Below, in pieces: positions 40,138-52,491 of a stretch of DNA of 64,000 nucleotides. Position 1 is the first letter of the stretch. Every line of letters begins with the position of its first letter. Under the pieces are notes generated by a model. That model worked only from the letters and a program-made list of their open reading frames with translations. It searched no databases and was not told the DNA's origin. Location: contig NC_092350.1 in assembly GCF_963676685.1 (NCBI RefSeq), positions 71,424,001-71,488,000 of the forward strand. Reading direction: 5' to 3'. This stretch comes from Mytilus edulis. Taxonomy: Eukaryota. A program made the position numbers and the translations under genes.

Positions 40138-40333
40138 CAAGTGAGAGGTTTAGCGCTATGAAACCAGGTTCAATCCACAACTTTCTTCATTTGAAAATGC
40201 CTGGACCAAGTCAGGAATATGACAGTTGTTTCCATTCGTTTAATATATTTTATCGTTTGATTTTACCGTTTGATTAGGGACTTTCCTTTTTGAATTTTCC
40301 TCGGAGTTCAGTTTTTTTGTGATTTTACTTTTT
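40138..40333 (+). mobile_element. Dispersed repeat, same family as 8288-8484
   Basis: caagtgagaggtttagc...ccaagtcaggaatatgacagttg...cctcggagttcag. Confidence 0.8.
40277..40286 (+). promoter_or_regulatory. Perfect NF-kB consensus site GGGACTTTCC (function untested)
   Basis: Exact match to the canonical kB decamer; lies inside a repeat about 2.6 kb upstream of TLR-D exon 1. Confidence 0.35.
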
Positions 40334-41650
40334 GTTTATCGTTAAATAGTTCTTTTTATTAATCAGACAAATGTTTTTCTCATTTGAATTGTTTTACATT
40401 TTTCATTTTACTGACTTAATGATATGGGTTTTGTGCATTAATGAGTGTCGTGCAGTAACCTGTTTAAGCATTGAAAATCAGGCCACAGATCTTCTGTTGT
40501 CAGGACTAAGATACTTAAGACAACCGCTGTAGATGTTCCTTACTTTAAATAAGTATTATTAACAGAGGTATTCGTTAAGCCTTTGTTTGAAAACATTAAA
40601 ACGTCATTGTTATAAATGACAGAAAAGAGCTAGAGGCCAAAAGTACTGCAAAAGGGATATGCAAGTTAAAAAAAAGTCGAAAATAAACTGACAACGTCAT
40701 GGCTAGAATAAAAAAGACCAACAGAAAAAAACGCTAGTGCACAAAACACAACACGACTATTAAGCAACACGAACACCTTTTAAAAACTGTGGGTGATATC
40801 AAAAGCCAGGTCAGCCTGAGATATCAGAATGCTCTGTGTTTCCATTATTATACCATTATTCATATAATTGATTGATACTCATTCTGGAGTATGTAAGTTC
40901 ATTGCCTGTTTTTAATAGGGTTCGTGTTCCTCCAAGTTCAGTTATCTTGCAACTATATGCATTCAGTCTTGATTGATCCTTTCGGGTTTTTTCTAGTTTT
41001 GTCAGTTGTTAATACCATTATATCGAGGAATACAGTAGTTGATGATAACAATTAAGAGCTTGTTATGTTCAATTCCTCTGCTAATGGACATACAATCATA
41101 TCAAAAGTCAGTACTTATGATCTGGCATGAAAATCCGGATATTGTTTGATTGATACTTGGTGTTATAAACTTTTGAATAAAAATCATGTCATGCAAAACT
41201 CCGATTCCGTGTCAGGATTTGTATTTAACTGTTGTAAAAGGTTTGTGATCTTAAATTTGATTGACTCTCGCTTGTTGAAGATACATTCATTCTCGCACTT
41301 CGTTGATTAAACTGGTTACGCTAATGTAATTATATCTAACTTTGAAAACATTGGTCAGTATTTAGATACACTTATCTAGTTCATAACAAGATAATCATGC
41401 AGTTTTAAAATTTGATGGATTTGACAAACGCACATAGTATTTTCCAAAGCATATTTAGCGCCAATATTTTGTTTTTGTCTATTGAGAGAGACATGTTCCT
41501 GTTATTGCAACATAAATTAACAATAGTAGTGCAAATATTGGTTTTATTTTACAAAACAAAATAGATGATATAAAACATAAATGATTAAAGCATTGATGTC
41601 AGGATGTCAAAAAGCACAACGTTAAACATATGTACAAATAACCTATTTAA

Positions 41651-42248
41651 GGTAGATACATGGTATACCGCCATCTTGGATTGTACAATAATATTACAGT
41701 AAAAAATCGGTCTAGTTATTTGCCTTAATCTGCAAATTTGGAGACAGATTTGAAATTTAAAGGTTAGACTGTTTAATAGTATAAAGAAAACTTGGTAATT
41801 TATTTTATAATTAAAAATATTTAAACAAATATCATTTTTGATTGCTTTTAGAATCATTTTTTTCAAATGTGCCACTTAAGGGAAGATAACTATTTTAGTA
41901 TAAAAAAATCATACTGGACTGATAGGAACATTTTTTCTTTTTACTTGTAGCAAGAAAACAAGTTCGGTGACACTGTTTTTCTTTTTATTTTCTTACAAAA
42001 ACTATCTTTTCACAATTTAATTCAAAATTCTATCTCATAGATTTTTTTTTATGCACACAAATGTGTTTTTCCATGAACATGATGAACAATCTAACCATAT
42101 TTAGGCAATTTTCAACGACCCATAGCTTGAAAAATAGCACGGTGACCCATATTTTTTTTATTATATTTTTGAAAAGAGCATAGTAAAATCTTCATTTTGG
42201 CTAAGTATAAGAAAATTCTGTCTCAAAAAATATTAACTTATGATCTAC
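41651..42248. mobile_element. Non-autonomous DNA transposon, Kolobok-like
   Basis: Starts TTAA|GGTAGATACATGG and ends ...tatgatctac (decayed inverted terminus). Confidence 0.45.
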
Positions 42249-42840
42249 TGCAGTTTGAATTCTTCTCCTACAAACTGATCAACTGGTAAAATATTTGAAC
42301 AAATTGCTCAAGTGAATGGTTGTTAGTATGAAGTGAGTGCTGTAATATAAAAAGTAATACTTGCCATCCAAATCCAGTTAGTTACGATCTGTGAATCATT
42401 TCAAACAATATAATGACTTACTATAATATGAGTAACTGATTTAGAAGGTATAAATTAGACATGAAAACTTCTATCATAAATAGATTTATAGATAAATAGG
42501 TCAAAACATTGTTGTGTAAGTTATAAATTTAAATCTCTGTTTTCCAAGAGTTAGATGTTAGGTAATTGTAATTTGGAAAATTTTTCTTAAACAATATTAA
42601 TCTGCTTTGAAGACATCAAAGAAAGTTCATAACTTATTGAGTGCTGATTTCGTATTCAAAAAGAAGGCAGACAAATGTAACATACTATATATTTTAACAG
42701 TTTGGAGAAACTTTAAATTTAAAAATCCATATCCTTCTATTATATTGTAAGGGCAGCTCATCCAAAAATACAAAAATAAGAAGCCCAATGGATGAAACAA
42801 ATTATGGTACAGGGCAAGACAAGTCGAAAACGGGTCATCA

Positions 42841-45404
42841 TTAGGATTTAACTGCCCTTGTGAGCTGTTCCCAAAAGACAACATCACCATACTCATCATT
42901 CGGATACTCAATGTAAGATTGACAGTGAACCAGTTCGAGTATTTGAAGTGGAAGATCGCAAGCTGAAATTTGCTTGTAAAATATCAGGAAAAGGATGTTT
43001 TCACAATTGCGCTCATATATGCTCTCCATTCTAGCCATATTATATTCGAACATACACCAGTAAGAAGCTAAATATTTCGACGACATTATGACAATTGTTT
43101 TTCGGCTATTGTGAATTGCAGAAGTGATATTGGTGGCGATGTCATTTCCGGGTAAAAAATTCCGCTTGTGCAAGCACAACTGAATTCCTCCAATTTTCTC
43201 TAGTTTATAGAGAAGTATATTGTGGACAAATGTTTGATCGTCGTCGGCATATGAAACGAAAGCATCATACATATATAGTCTTTCATCGATGTTGCCTGAC
43301 TCATTACCGCGTTGATGCCATTTGACCTTGACCATGTAGTATAGATATCGTAGTTTCCACCTGTACCTGTAGCTGATTCCGCCAAGAAGAATAAACATAA
43401 ACATCAATATTCCTGAAGTTAATCCGAAGATTATACCTGCATAGGACATACATTTCGTTTTTAGGGTTTCATAAACTTCTTTTGGATTGCGAAGGAAAAT
43501 TGTTGTATCATTTGAAAGTTTGCATTTATATTTCTTCCTACGATAAAGACGTGTAGGAGTGTCGATCATCCAATGAATGAAAGACATGGAATCACAATTG
43601 CATACAAGATTATTGCCACCAAGATCAATAGTTAAATTCGTGTTTGTCGTGGCAACCGAGTCCAACGCGTCCATTGTAAACTTACTCAGTTTAGATATTC
43701 TATTATTTCGTAGATTCAAAACCATCAGCTTTTTCATATGAGAAATTTTAAAGTTAATTTCATCGATCATGTTTTCACTAAGATCTAAATTTTCTAAATT
43801 GTGTTGTTTTTTAAAAAACAGAATTGGTATATTCGTTATTTTATTATTTGAAAGATTGACTGTACTGACGTTATGCAGATTCTGAAATATCTCTCCGTCA
43901 CTATCTGTTAGCATCACTTGTCCTAGAAGATTGTTTTGCAGTTGTAAGTATTTCAAATTTATAAAATCTTTACTGAAAAATGATTTTGAAACATTGGAAC
44001 AATAGTTAGATGATAAATCTAAAAAGGTCAGGTTTTTCACATTGGTTACTGGTCCTGTCCAGGTATACAAGACGTTGTTACTAAAACTAAGACTGTTTAA
44101 TTCATTTTCAGTAAAACTGATTTTTGATATTTCATATTTCAGTGTACTTGATGAAATTAAAAATGTTTTCAGTTTGTTTGGAACCGGAATAATGAAATCC
44201 GAATCCTTAGATTTTGTTTTCACGTAAAAAGACACTTTGTCAATCAAGTTGTTTTCGGACTTCACTGTCACAGTATCTTCTGGGTCAATACATTCCTCTG
44301 TGTAGGACGTAAAAACATTGTGTGAGGAAAACGATTCAGAAACATCTAGGAATGTGATACAAATACTCATTAAATCAAACAGATATTCCCCAATAGAAAA
44401 AACATTGTCCCTAAAATTGCCACTTTCGAAGGAATCTGGAAAATATTCTAACGCACCAGATTCTATCCTCTGAATACGGTTTCCTGCGGCTTCGAATCTA
44501 ACCAGTGATGTTTTATTTAGATACCAAATGTGAGAAGTCTTCAGTATTGTGCTCATTGCAAAAATATCATGAATATAATTTACTTTCAGTATTTTTATTG
44601 CCGAATTTTGCAAATCTGTGGTTATATTTTCAAGTGCATCAAATCCCAAACAGGTATTGAGGGAAACATCAAGCTCGTAAATGTTTTTCATATTTGTAAA
44701 CGTGCCAATGTAAATATATTGTATTAAACATTTTGATATGTTTAAATGAGTTATTTGAGGTAAGAAAAATAATGTTACCGGTGTAAGTATATTCAATTTG
44801 CAATTACCAGTAAAACCTGATAGATCTATAATTGATAGGTTCTTACAATTAACAAATTTTTCATCAAAAATTGCAATTTTGTCCGTAATGAAATCCATTA
44901 ACAACGTTTCAAGTGATTTTAGCTTCGATAAATCTGGCACGAATGAAGTGTTGGAATTATTTTTCAAATTCAAGCTTCTTAAGTTCTCCAAGAAATAAAA
45001 GGACGTAGAATCAAACGATATTTCTTCATAATTCAAATTGTTGTTGCTGAGATCTAAGTAGAGTAAATTGTGTAGTCCTTTAAATGATTGTTTTCTTATT
45101 TGTTTTATTCTATTAAAAGACAAATCCAAGGACTTCAGCAAATTGTTTTCCTCGAAAATACCATCTTTTATTATACTGATGTAATTTCTTTGGAGAGATA
45201 AATATTGAACAACGTTCGGCATCCTTGGAATACAGAATAGGTTTCTGCCAGCACAATTTGCTACAAGTAACTTTGAACCGGGAACTGTTATGCAGACACA
45301 AGAACTAGCAAATGGACATGCCTTCTGTGCATAGACTCCTGGATTTCCACAACATACTAGTAACACACAAACAGGAACAAAGCTGTTGATGAGATTTATT
45401 TTCG
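42841..45404 (-). CDS. TLR: TLR-E: intact Toll-like receptor, main exon (855 aa with exon 1)
   Basis: 860-aa ORF 42841..45423 with full LRR-TM-TIR architecture. Its first codons overlap a polypyrimidine tract and acceptor TTGTTTTTGTTTGCAG|CG at 45405/45404. Confidence 0.95.
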
Positions 45405-45962
45405 CTGCAAACAAAAACAACATTTATTAACAACAAAAATCTGGTACATTGGGATTGTTCCTTGTTTGATGTTGTAAATTACTGTTTAAAAACAAGTAGT
45501 CTTTACCTCAGGAATAAATAACCTATGCTATATTTTAAAAACCTCAATTCTTTTATACTTCTTATTTTATTATTTGGCTTTTTTTTAAAGATATTTGATC
45601 GTCGTTGATAAGGTTTTTGCATTGATGATCAGACTCGTAAGTATCTGTTGCCTTCATGCCGAGTTAAGAAAATTAGTTTTCAAAGTACTAATCCATCTCG
45701 TTTTTGTGAGTTTTCGACTGTTATTGTTTGTTGCAGGATGGAGACAGCTTTTTTGTGTGCAATCATGATCATGTTATTTAAGTAAGATTCGATTAAATTG
45801 AATGACATCGCTGAACAAATGTTAAAAAAAACTCGTAAATGACAGAAAGTAATGTTACAGTATTGAAAAAAATCCCATTAGTATCAGAAGATCAAAATAC
45901 AACATTTAATATCTCTCAAATTGCTTAACATATTTGTTAATTTTGAAACAAATAATACTCAC

Positions 45963-45969
45963 ACATCAT
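45963..45969 (-). CDS. TLR: TLR-E exon 1 coding part ((ATG)ATG-T), intron 45405..45962
   Basis: ATGATGT|GTGAGTATT on the minus strand; joins as ATG TCG AAA ATA AAT (MSKINLINSFVPVCVLLVCC). Confidence 0.75.
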
Positions 45970-46094
45970 GAAGTCAATTGTATCAAATAACTACAACTAA
46001 AGTAAAGCGTGTGTCATTTAATCGTGAGTGAATTGGAGGGACAAAGTTTTCAACAAAAAATTACTTATTAATATCAAAATCAAAAGTTCAAAAA

Positions 46095-46230
46095 TGAACG
46101 AAACGGAAAGGACAAAGTTTTTAAAATGGAATGAAATGTTATAAAATGACATGTTGTAATAGGAACGAAACCAAAGTCTAACATTTAACAAAAAATAAGC
46201 TCAAACTTTGCATAAACGGAAGGAAATGAT
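46095..46230. promoter_or_regulatory. Cluster of ISRE/IRF-like motifs upstream of TLR-E exon 1
   Basis: GAAACGGAAA at 46100-46109 (GAAANNGAAA), plus GGAATGAAA, GAACGAAACCAAAG and AAACGGAAGGAAA within 130 bp. Confidence 0.4.
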
Positions 46231-46492
46231 AGCACGGTATGATTAATAAATGAAAATTTGTGTATATAATATTAGATAAATTATGAAATAAAATTATTCA
46301 AATACAAAATGATTTGTATAAAACAGAAGCAAAAGGTTGTATGTGAAGTTAATGGCCGGTTCGTTATTCAATATTCAATATCCAATCTGATGTTAGTTTG
46401 ATTTTGATTTTGAATTAATTTAGTTGAAAGCAATAAAATTTAGATGTTCGATAACATTAATACTAAAGTACATGTAGCATGATAGTAATATA

Positions 46493-48010
46493 CAGTCCGC
46501 CAAAAGTTAAGCACCACCTATTTATATTGCATCGATTTTTTTAATTTAAAAATTCAGTTTATCCTCGAAAAAAAAGAAAATATTCATGTAGCAATTTTGC
46601 TAACATAAACCATAGACAAACCATAAAGTTAAGTTTGGTCACTTATGTAGGTTCTATGCAAATGGATTTTACGTTCCTAGAAATTGTGAAAATCACACAA
46701 ATCAGAAACGGAATTTAAGTTTCACTTTGATTTTATTTTTTTACAACAATCAATCGCCCATTATCATTAAAAGTCTCTAAAATTTATCTTTTGTTTGTTC
46801 GGCAAATTTAATGTCAAAAGGATGTGTGAACACCTCATTTCCGGTACAGTTCCATAACACGGCGTCTTATACTCTGTACAAGCCTTCTGAACTTTAGTTT
46901 AGCAAATTTATTCCATTCAGCAACCATTGGCCCTTTTAAATCGTCAAGATTTTGCAAACTTTAGGTTGATCTATGCGATTGATATTTCTGCCAATGGCAT
47001 CCCAAACATATTCGAAAGGTTTCATGACTGGAGACATGGAAGGCCAAAAGATAGTGCCAATGGCTACTTGCTCTTTGTACTCGGTTACGATCATTGTCCT
47101 GTGTGGTCTAGCGTTATTTTTCATGTACAAGGATCTTGACGCAAGTGTAGGATCATCAAAATGAGGGACTTCAATGTTTCTAAGCACCAAATCCCCGTAT
47201 GTTAGTCTGTTCATGTTACCCTGATCAATATGCATACCCATCTTACAACAGTATGAGAAGAAATCCCTTACAGTAACACCATCAGCAACAACTGCAGACG
47301 TTGGGCAAATGTTGTAATGGTTATGGGCAGTATTATTTCCCCGCCAAACTCGTATTCTGCCGTATATTGGTCGTAACAGAAACCGAGTCTTATCTGATAA
47401 TTGAATATTTTGCCAGCTTCTCATGTTCCAGCTTCGGTGGTCATTGGCCCGTTGAAACCTGATTTTACGGTACCTGACTGTTAGGGCAGGTCATTTGACA
47501 ACGCGACATGCTCTTAGCTAGATCTAAGAAGTTGACGGACCAATGCTCGAACACTAACACAACCACCTGGGGTATAAGCTGTAGGGCAGGAGTAAATGTA
47601 TTAGCTTTAGCACGACCAATAAGCAGTCTGTCATCGCGATAGTTACCTAAACGGAGTCTTCCTGAACTTGGTCTATCATTTAAAGTTCCTGTGTCAATAT
47701 GATTTTGTAAAAATCTGACAATAACGGTCTGATTAACAATGACATGGTTACCTATGCTCCTATTGCACCTACCGGCATTTGACATGTAAATAACTTGTCA
47801 ACGTTCGGTCACAGATAACTTAAGCCTTGCCATACTTCACAGTGACTTGGTGAATATCAGGCTTTAAAGATATATCTTTGATCGGTAATAATCTATGTTT
47901 CAAAAAGGAAAATAGTTGTACTTAACGGTTATAATTTGTGGATAACTAGTACTTGAAGGGGTCAAATAAAGATTTATGGCATCCATTGTTTTCTATTTTA
48001 AACTATGACT
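46493..48010 (-). mobile_element. Decayed Tc1/mariner (DD34E-type) transposon with one TIR
   Basis: TA|CAGTCCGCCAAAAGTTAAGCACCACC terminus at 46491-46518 and internal transposase remnants; no partner TIR found. Confidence 0.85.
46814..47833 (-). pseudogene. Tc1-like transposase pseudogene (about 340 codons)
   Basis: MARLKLSVTER*...DRPSSGRLR (HTH, GRPR-like), LSDKTRF (first D), KNNARPH (DNARPH-like), WPSMSPVMKPFEYVWD (SPDLNPIE-like), ending GVHTSF*; stops and frameshifts present. Confidence 0.85.
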
Positions 48011-48019
48011 ACCATGCAC

Positions 48020-49391
48020 GCTTTAAAAGTTATCAAAAGATAAGATTTATATTACCTTAACTTCTCCGTGAACAAAAAGAGGACTACTGGATTCGACATT
48101 TAGGAACTGCAACACCATATGGTTGCCATGACAACATTGCTGGAATCGGTATTCTATTTTGTCCTTCTTGAATCTCGGGGAATGTGATGAATATTTCCAA
48201 CTCTACTCGACAGAGACGCAGTCCTGGTCATCGTCATTATACATCACCAACTCTACATGATGTCACTATTAATGACTTGCTGTCATTTATACAAAAACGG
48301 CTATTACAAAGCCTCATTCAAACCAATATAAACTTACAGCTAGCATTTCGGATATAGCAAGTCACAGACTTTTCAGACTAGTTCGGATTGGAAAAGATGA
48401 AAAAGAGAAAAAAAAATTCCTTTGCCAAGAAAGGTCTCACTGGCGTCAACTTGGGCAATATCCTTCATCATAAATGAGTTCAATCGAAAATACCTCCCTA
48501 TCTTGAATTTCAGTCTGTTCCAACCATTTCTTATACCTATACCAAACCTATTGCAACTTAATTTTCAACAACAAACCCCTTTTGCAGGATCTCAATATTG
48601 AAGACTTTAAGGTTAAACCTACTGATTGCACCTGTACTAGTTCCCAATTCCCATATGATCCGACGGTCCTATTATTACCGGTGACCTTAACATTGTCAAT
48701 AACACTTCCCTGTGAAATGTGTTTCGGAAGGTCCGAACTATACCCAAATGGATTAAGGCTGTGGTGTTGTTGATACAAACCAGAATTAAGAAACTGAATG
48801 GGTCTATCAATACCAATACTACGTAAATCTTTAAAGACCAAAATGTTGCAAAGCACTTATCCTACCCCCCGCAGATAAAGCCCTAAACAACAATGTATTT
48901 TTTGTGTGTGTAAATCGCATTACATACACTGCTCGATAAATGAATAAGTATTGACAATTCACTTGGAAACTCAACATATACCCCCACGACAGTAACAAAA
49001 GAGGAAATCCTGGATAATCACAGGTCTGTTCTATTTTTTGGGAATTGCAATCAAAGATGAAGAACTGGATTTATCACTGTATTGGGTACCTAAACTACAG
49101 AAGTGTCCTTACAAGCAACGGTTTACTCAGTATTGCTGGGTCGTCCTAGTGCTCCTTGAAGTCCCTTTCTTTAATTTTAACATCAATAGTATTAGCAAAG
49201 CCGGTTTCAAAGTTATTATGAAACTGCCTATTCTAGAGGTTGTGTGAATTAGATGTGGATACTTAAAAATTCCAGAGACATTTTTAAAGTACATACAATC
49301 TAAGACTTTTTTATCTTGTAATAGTATCAAAACATTTGACTTTTCTACACTTTACACAAGTATTCCCCATTCCATACTAAAAGACAAATTG
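48020..49391 (+). mobile_element. Penelope-like retroelement remnant, 5' part (GIY-YIG C-terminal motif, then RT N-terminal half)
   Basis: LREQKEDYWIRHLGTATPYGCHDN (48064-48135), DCTC, LYWVPKLQKCPYKQRF, IKTFDFSTLYTSIPH (about 49326-49370); many stops and frameshifts. Confidence 0.75.
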
Positions 49392-51740
49392 AACAAGTGA
49401 AACTGCGAGCTGCTGCTCACTGATGGTACCCCCACCCAAATAGTTCGGTCCTGACAAAAATGTGACGAAAATTTCAACTTGGCTATCATGTGAAAAACAG
49501 ATGATCCGCAGGGCGCAGTTTTATACGACCGCAGAGGTCGAACCCTGAACGCTTGGGGCAAGTATAGACACAACATTCAAGCTGGATTCAGCTCTGAATT
49601 TGGATTGTGATTAAATAGTTGACACAGCATAGGTTTCTGACACAGAATGAATGTGGTCTAATGAACTTAAACTTTTTTTTTTGCGTTTGAGCAATTCACT
49701 TTGCTGTTGAATATTAATCCTCTAAAAAAAATGTTTTCTTTTTATTTCTGAAATCTGAAAAATTGAACACCCCCCAACTTTTTTTCATCTCCCCCTTTCC
49801 CTTATTCCAAAAATGATCTCAATTCAAATTTCTAATGGAATAACTACTCATTTAAATACATCATAAAATATTAAAATATTAAATGTCATGGTTAAAATTA
49901 ATTTTAATTAATAGTAACTTTAAAAAAAAAATGGGGAATGTGTTCAAAGGGACACAGATGATGCCCCCACTAGCATATAACATTAAAAAGGGACATAACT
50001 CAAGAACTGTAAAAGTGAAGCTGCCAAAAATTGAACTTGAACTGAGTTTAGAAGTACTAAGAATTATATAAATATTTCATTAAATTTAGTTGAGACAAAC
50101 TTAAGTTAAGAGAATAGAAACGAAAAAAATCTTCAATTTTTCCACTTGTAAAGAGGCATAACCCTAGAATGGTAATCAAAGTGCTTGTAATCACTGAATG
50201 GCAAAGATTGTTTTAATTTATCAGTTGGTAGTAAGAGAATATTGCATTGTATATTGTATATAGCATTGATTTAAGTTGATTCAACTACTATTCTGGACAA
50301 AGAAAGATAACTCCAATTTTCAAAGAATAATAATAATGGCTAAAAATAAACAAAAAAGCTTCATCAGCAACATTTTATATTGGCAAATTTCCAATGTACA
50401 TAATTTAAAAGCAGTTTAGGTGAGATAAACAAAAAAGCTTCATCAGCAACATTTTATATCGGCAAATTTCCAATGAAGTTCATTAAACTAAAGTTATTGG
50501 CAAATTTCCAATGGAATTTATCAATAATAAACTTTTTGGCAAATTTCAAATATACATAATTTAAAAGCAGTTTAGGTGAGATATTCAAATGAGTTTCAAT
50601 TACCAACCTTACACTACTTTTAAATTATGTTTTGTACTTAAGTAATTGTCCATTAACCTGGGAACCCTTTCCACCCCCTTTTTGCACCTTATTCCTTAAT
50701 GGTTTGAGCCATAACTCCCAAAGACAATTCTTACCATCCCTTTGTGGTATTCCAATATCCGAAATCTAAATACATGGTTAGATTCAGCATATCAGAGAAC
50801 CCCAAGAATTCAATTTTTTTATGAAATCAAATAAAGTTTAATTTTGCACCCTTTAGACCTCACTGTGGACCAATTTGATAACTGGGCCCAAATATCATAA
50901 ATCTAAATACATGGTTAGATTCAGCATATCGAAGAACCCCATATATTCAATTTTTGTTGAAATCAAACAAAGTTTAATTTTGGATCCCGATTTTGACCAA
51001 CTTGAAAACTGGGCCCATAATATAAAAAAACTAAGTACATGTTTAGATTCAGCATATCAAAAAACCCCAAGGATTCAATTTTTGTTAAAATCAAACTAAG
51101 TTTAATTTTGGACCCTTTGGACCTTAATGTAGACCAATTTGAAAACGGGACCAAAAATTAAGAATCTAAATACACGGTTAGATTCGGCATATCAAAGAAC
51201 CCCCATAGTTCAATTTTTGATGCAATCAAACAAAGTTTAATTTTGGACCCTTTTGGCCCCTAATTCCTAAACTGTTGGAACCAAAAATCCCAAAACCAAT
51301 CCCAACCTGCCTTTTGTGGTCATAAACCTTGTGTTTGAATTTCATAGATTTCAATTTACTTATACTAGAGTTTTTGTGCGAATACCAAGAAAAATGCTTA
51401 TTAGACCCTTTTTTTTGCCCCTAATTCTTAAACTGTTAGGACCAAAACTTCCAAAATCGATCCCAAGCTTCCTTTTGTTGTCATAAACCTTGTGTTTAAA
51501 TTTCATAGATTTCTATTAACTTATACTAAAGTTATAGTGCGAAAACCAAATGTCTTCGGACGACGACAACAATGTCATACCAACATACGACCGCAAAAAT
51601 TTTGCGGTTGTATAAAAATGATACAAGTGTTTGATAAACAGGAAGTCGTTGAGTGATGGATCCCAAAATGCATCACACTGTATAGCTGAATTATTTAAAT
51701 CCCAAAATATCAAGTTTCAGAAATCCTTGTACTGTAGTTT
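49392..51740 (+). mobile_element. Nested pearl/Helentron-type (HINE) elements; inner element about 49496-51618
   Basis: Outer element starts AACAAG. Inner element has subterminal atacgaccgca (49523), ~133-bp core repeats x4 (50765-51250), ~160-bp x2, gac microsatellite and 3' hairpin atacgaccgcaaaaattttgcggttgtat + aaaaa. Confidence 0.75.
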
Positions 51741-51980
51741 GAGAAAATGGTATTGTTTTGTTTTATCAAAAAGAATGGCCAATGTAGATACAAGTATCTT
51801 GTCTTAGGAAGGGAAAAATCCTACTTTGTAAAGAATCACTCTGATTCGAAACAAAAAAATCTGAAACTGTCATTATCAAGATGCTTTTTTTTCTTGATTG
51901 ACCACATATTTGTTACATTTGGAGGTGTTTTTCAACAAATTAACAGCATTTACATGGGAACCAATTGTGTTCTACTCTTA
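51741..51980 (+). mobile_element. Penelope-like RT remnant, continuation after nested insertions
   Basis: CFIKKNGQCRYKYLVLGREKSYFVK...LIDHIFVTFGGVFQQ...MGTNC (RT motif B-like) resumes where the 5' part stops. Confidence 0.75.
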
Positions 51981-52491
51981 TATGCTTTGAAGTTTGGTAT
52001 GACGTTCATTTACAATGGACTAGTACACATTTTTTAAAGAGGCAAGCTAAAGCCAACTCCTAGTGGAGTTTTTTTCTCTCTGTGAAGAACACCCTGTCGT
52101 ATCTGTCTTTTGTTTGCTGTAATTTGGGGTCGGTTTATTGTCTCTTTGGCACTCTCCATTTCCATTTTCAATTTTATCTGTATACAGGCGCTGCTTGAAT
52201 GCTCAAGCTATTCAAATTCTTAAAGAAATAAAAGTCAAATGCAGATCCAAACAATAGGTTTTCGTGGAATAATGACCAAAAGACAAATTACAGTAAAATT
52301 ATAAATGATGTCTTGCACTTGAAGTAAGGTGAGACTTTTTTGGTCCTCATTGTGACTTTGAAATGAAGAGTAGCAATAAAAGCACAGTTCTTTTTCTGTC
52401 TATGTACTGATTTTGTGTCATGATTGGATACCCAATAATTCATTTTTTTCTATATATAAAGGTTTGACAAAAAAAATATTTTGAGATAACA

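Noticed and set aside
16791-45404. Assigning vertebrate names (TLR2, TLR4, TLR13)
   Set aside because: Invertebrate lineage-specific paralogs; orthology cannot be supported from sequence alone.
45405-45423. ORF-track N-termini MLFLFAA (E) and MHIFF(I/V)G (A, C) as true starts
   Set aside because: They overlap polypyrimidine tracts and AG acceptors, and a conserved upstream ATG-T exon explains the paralogs better. Minor use is not excluded.
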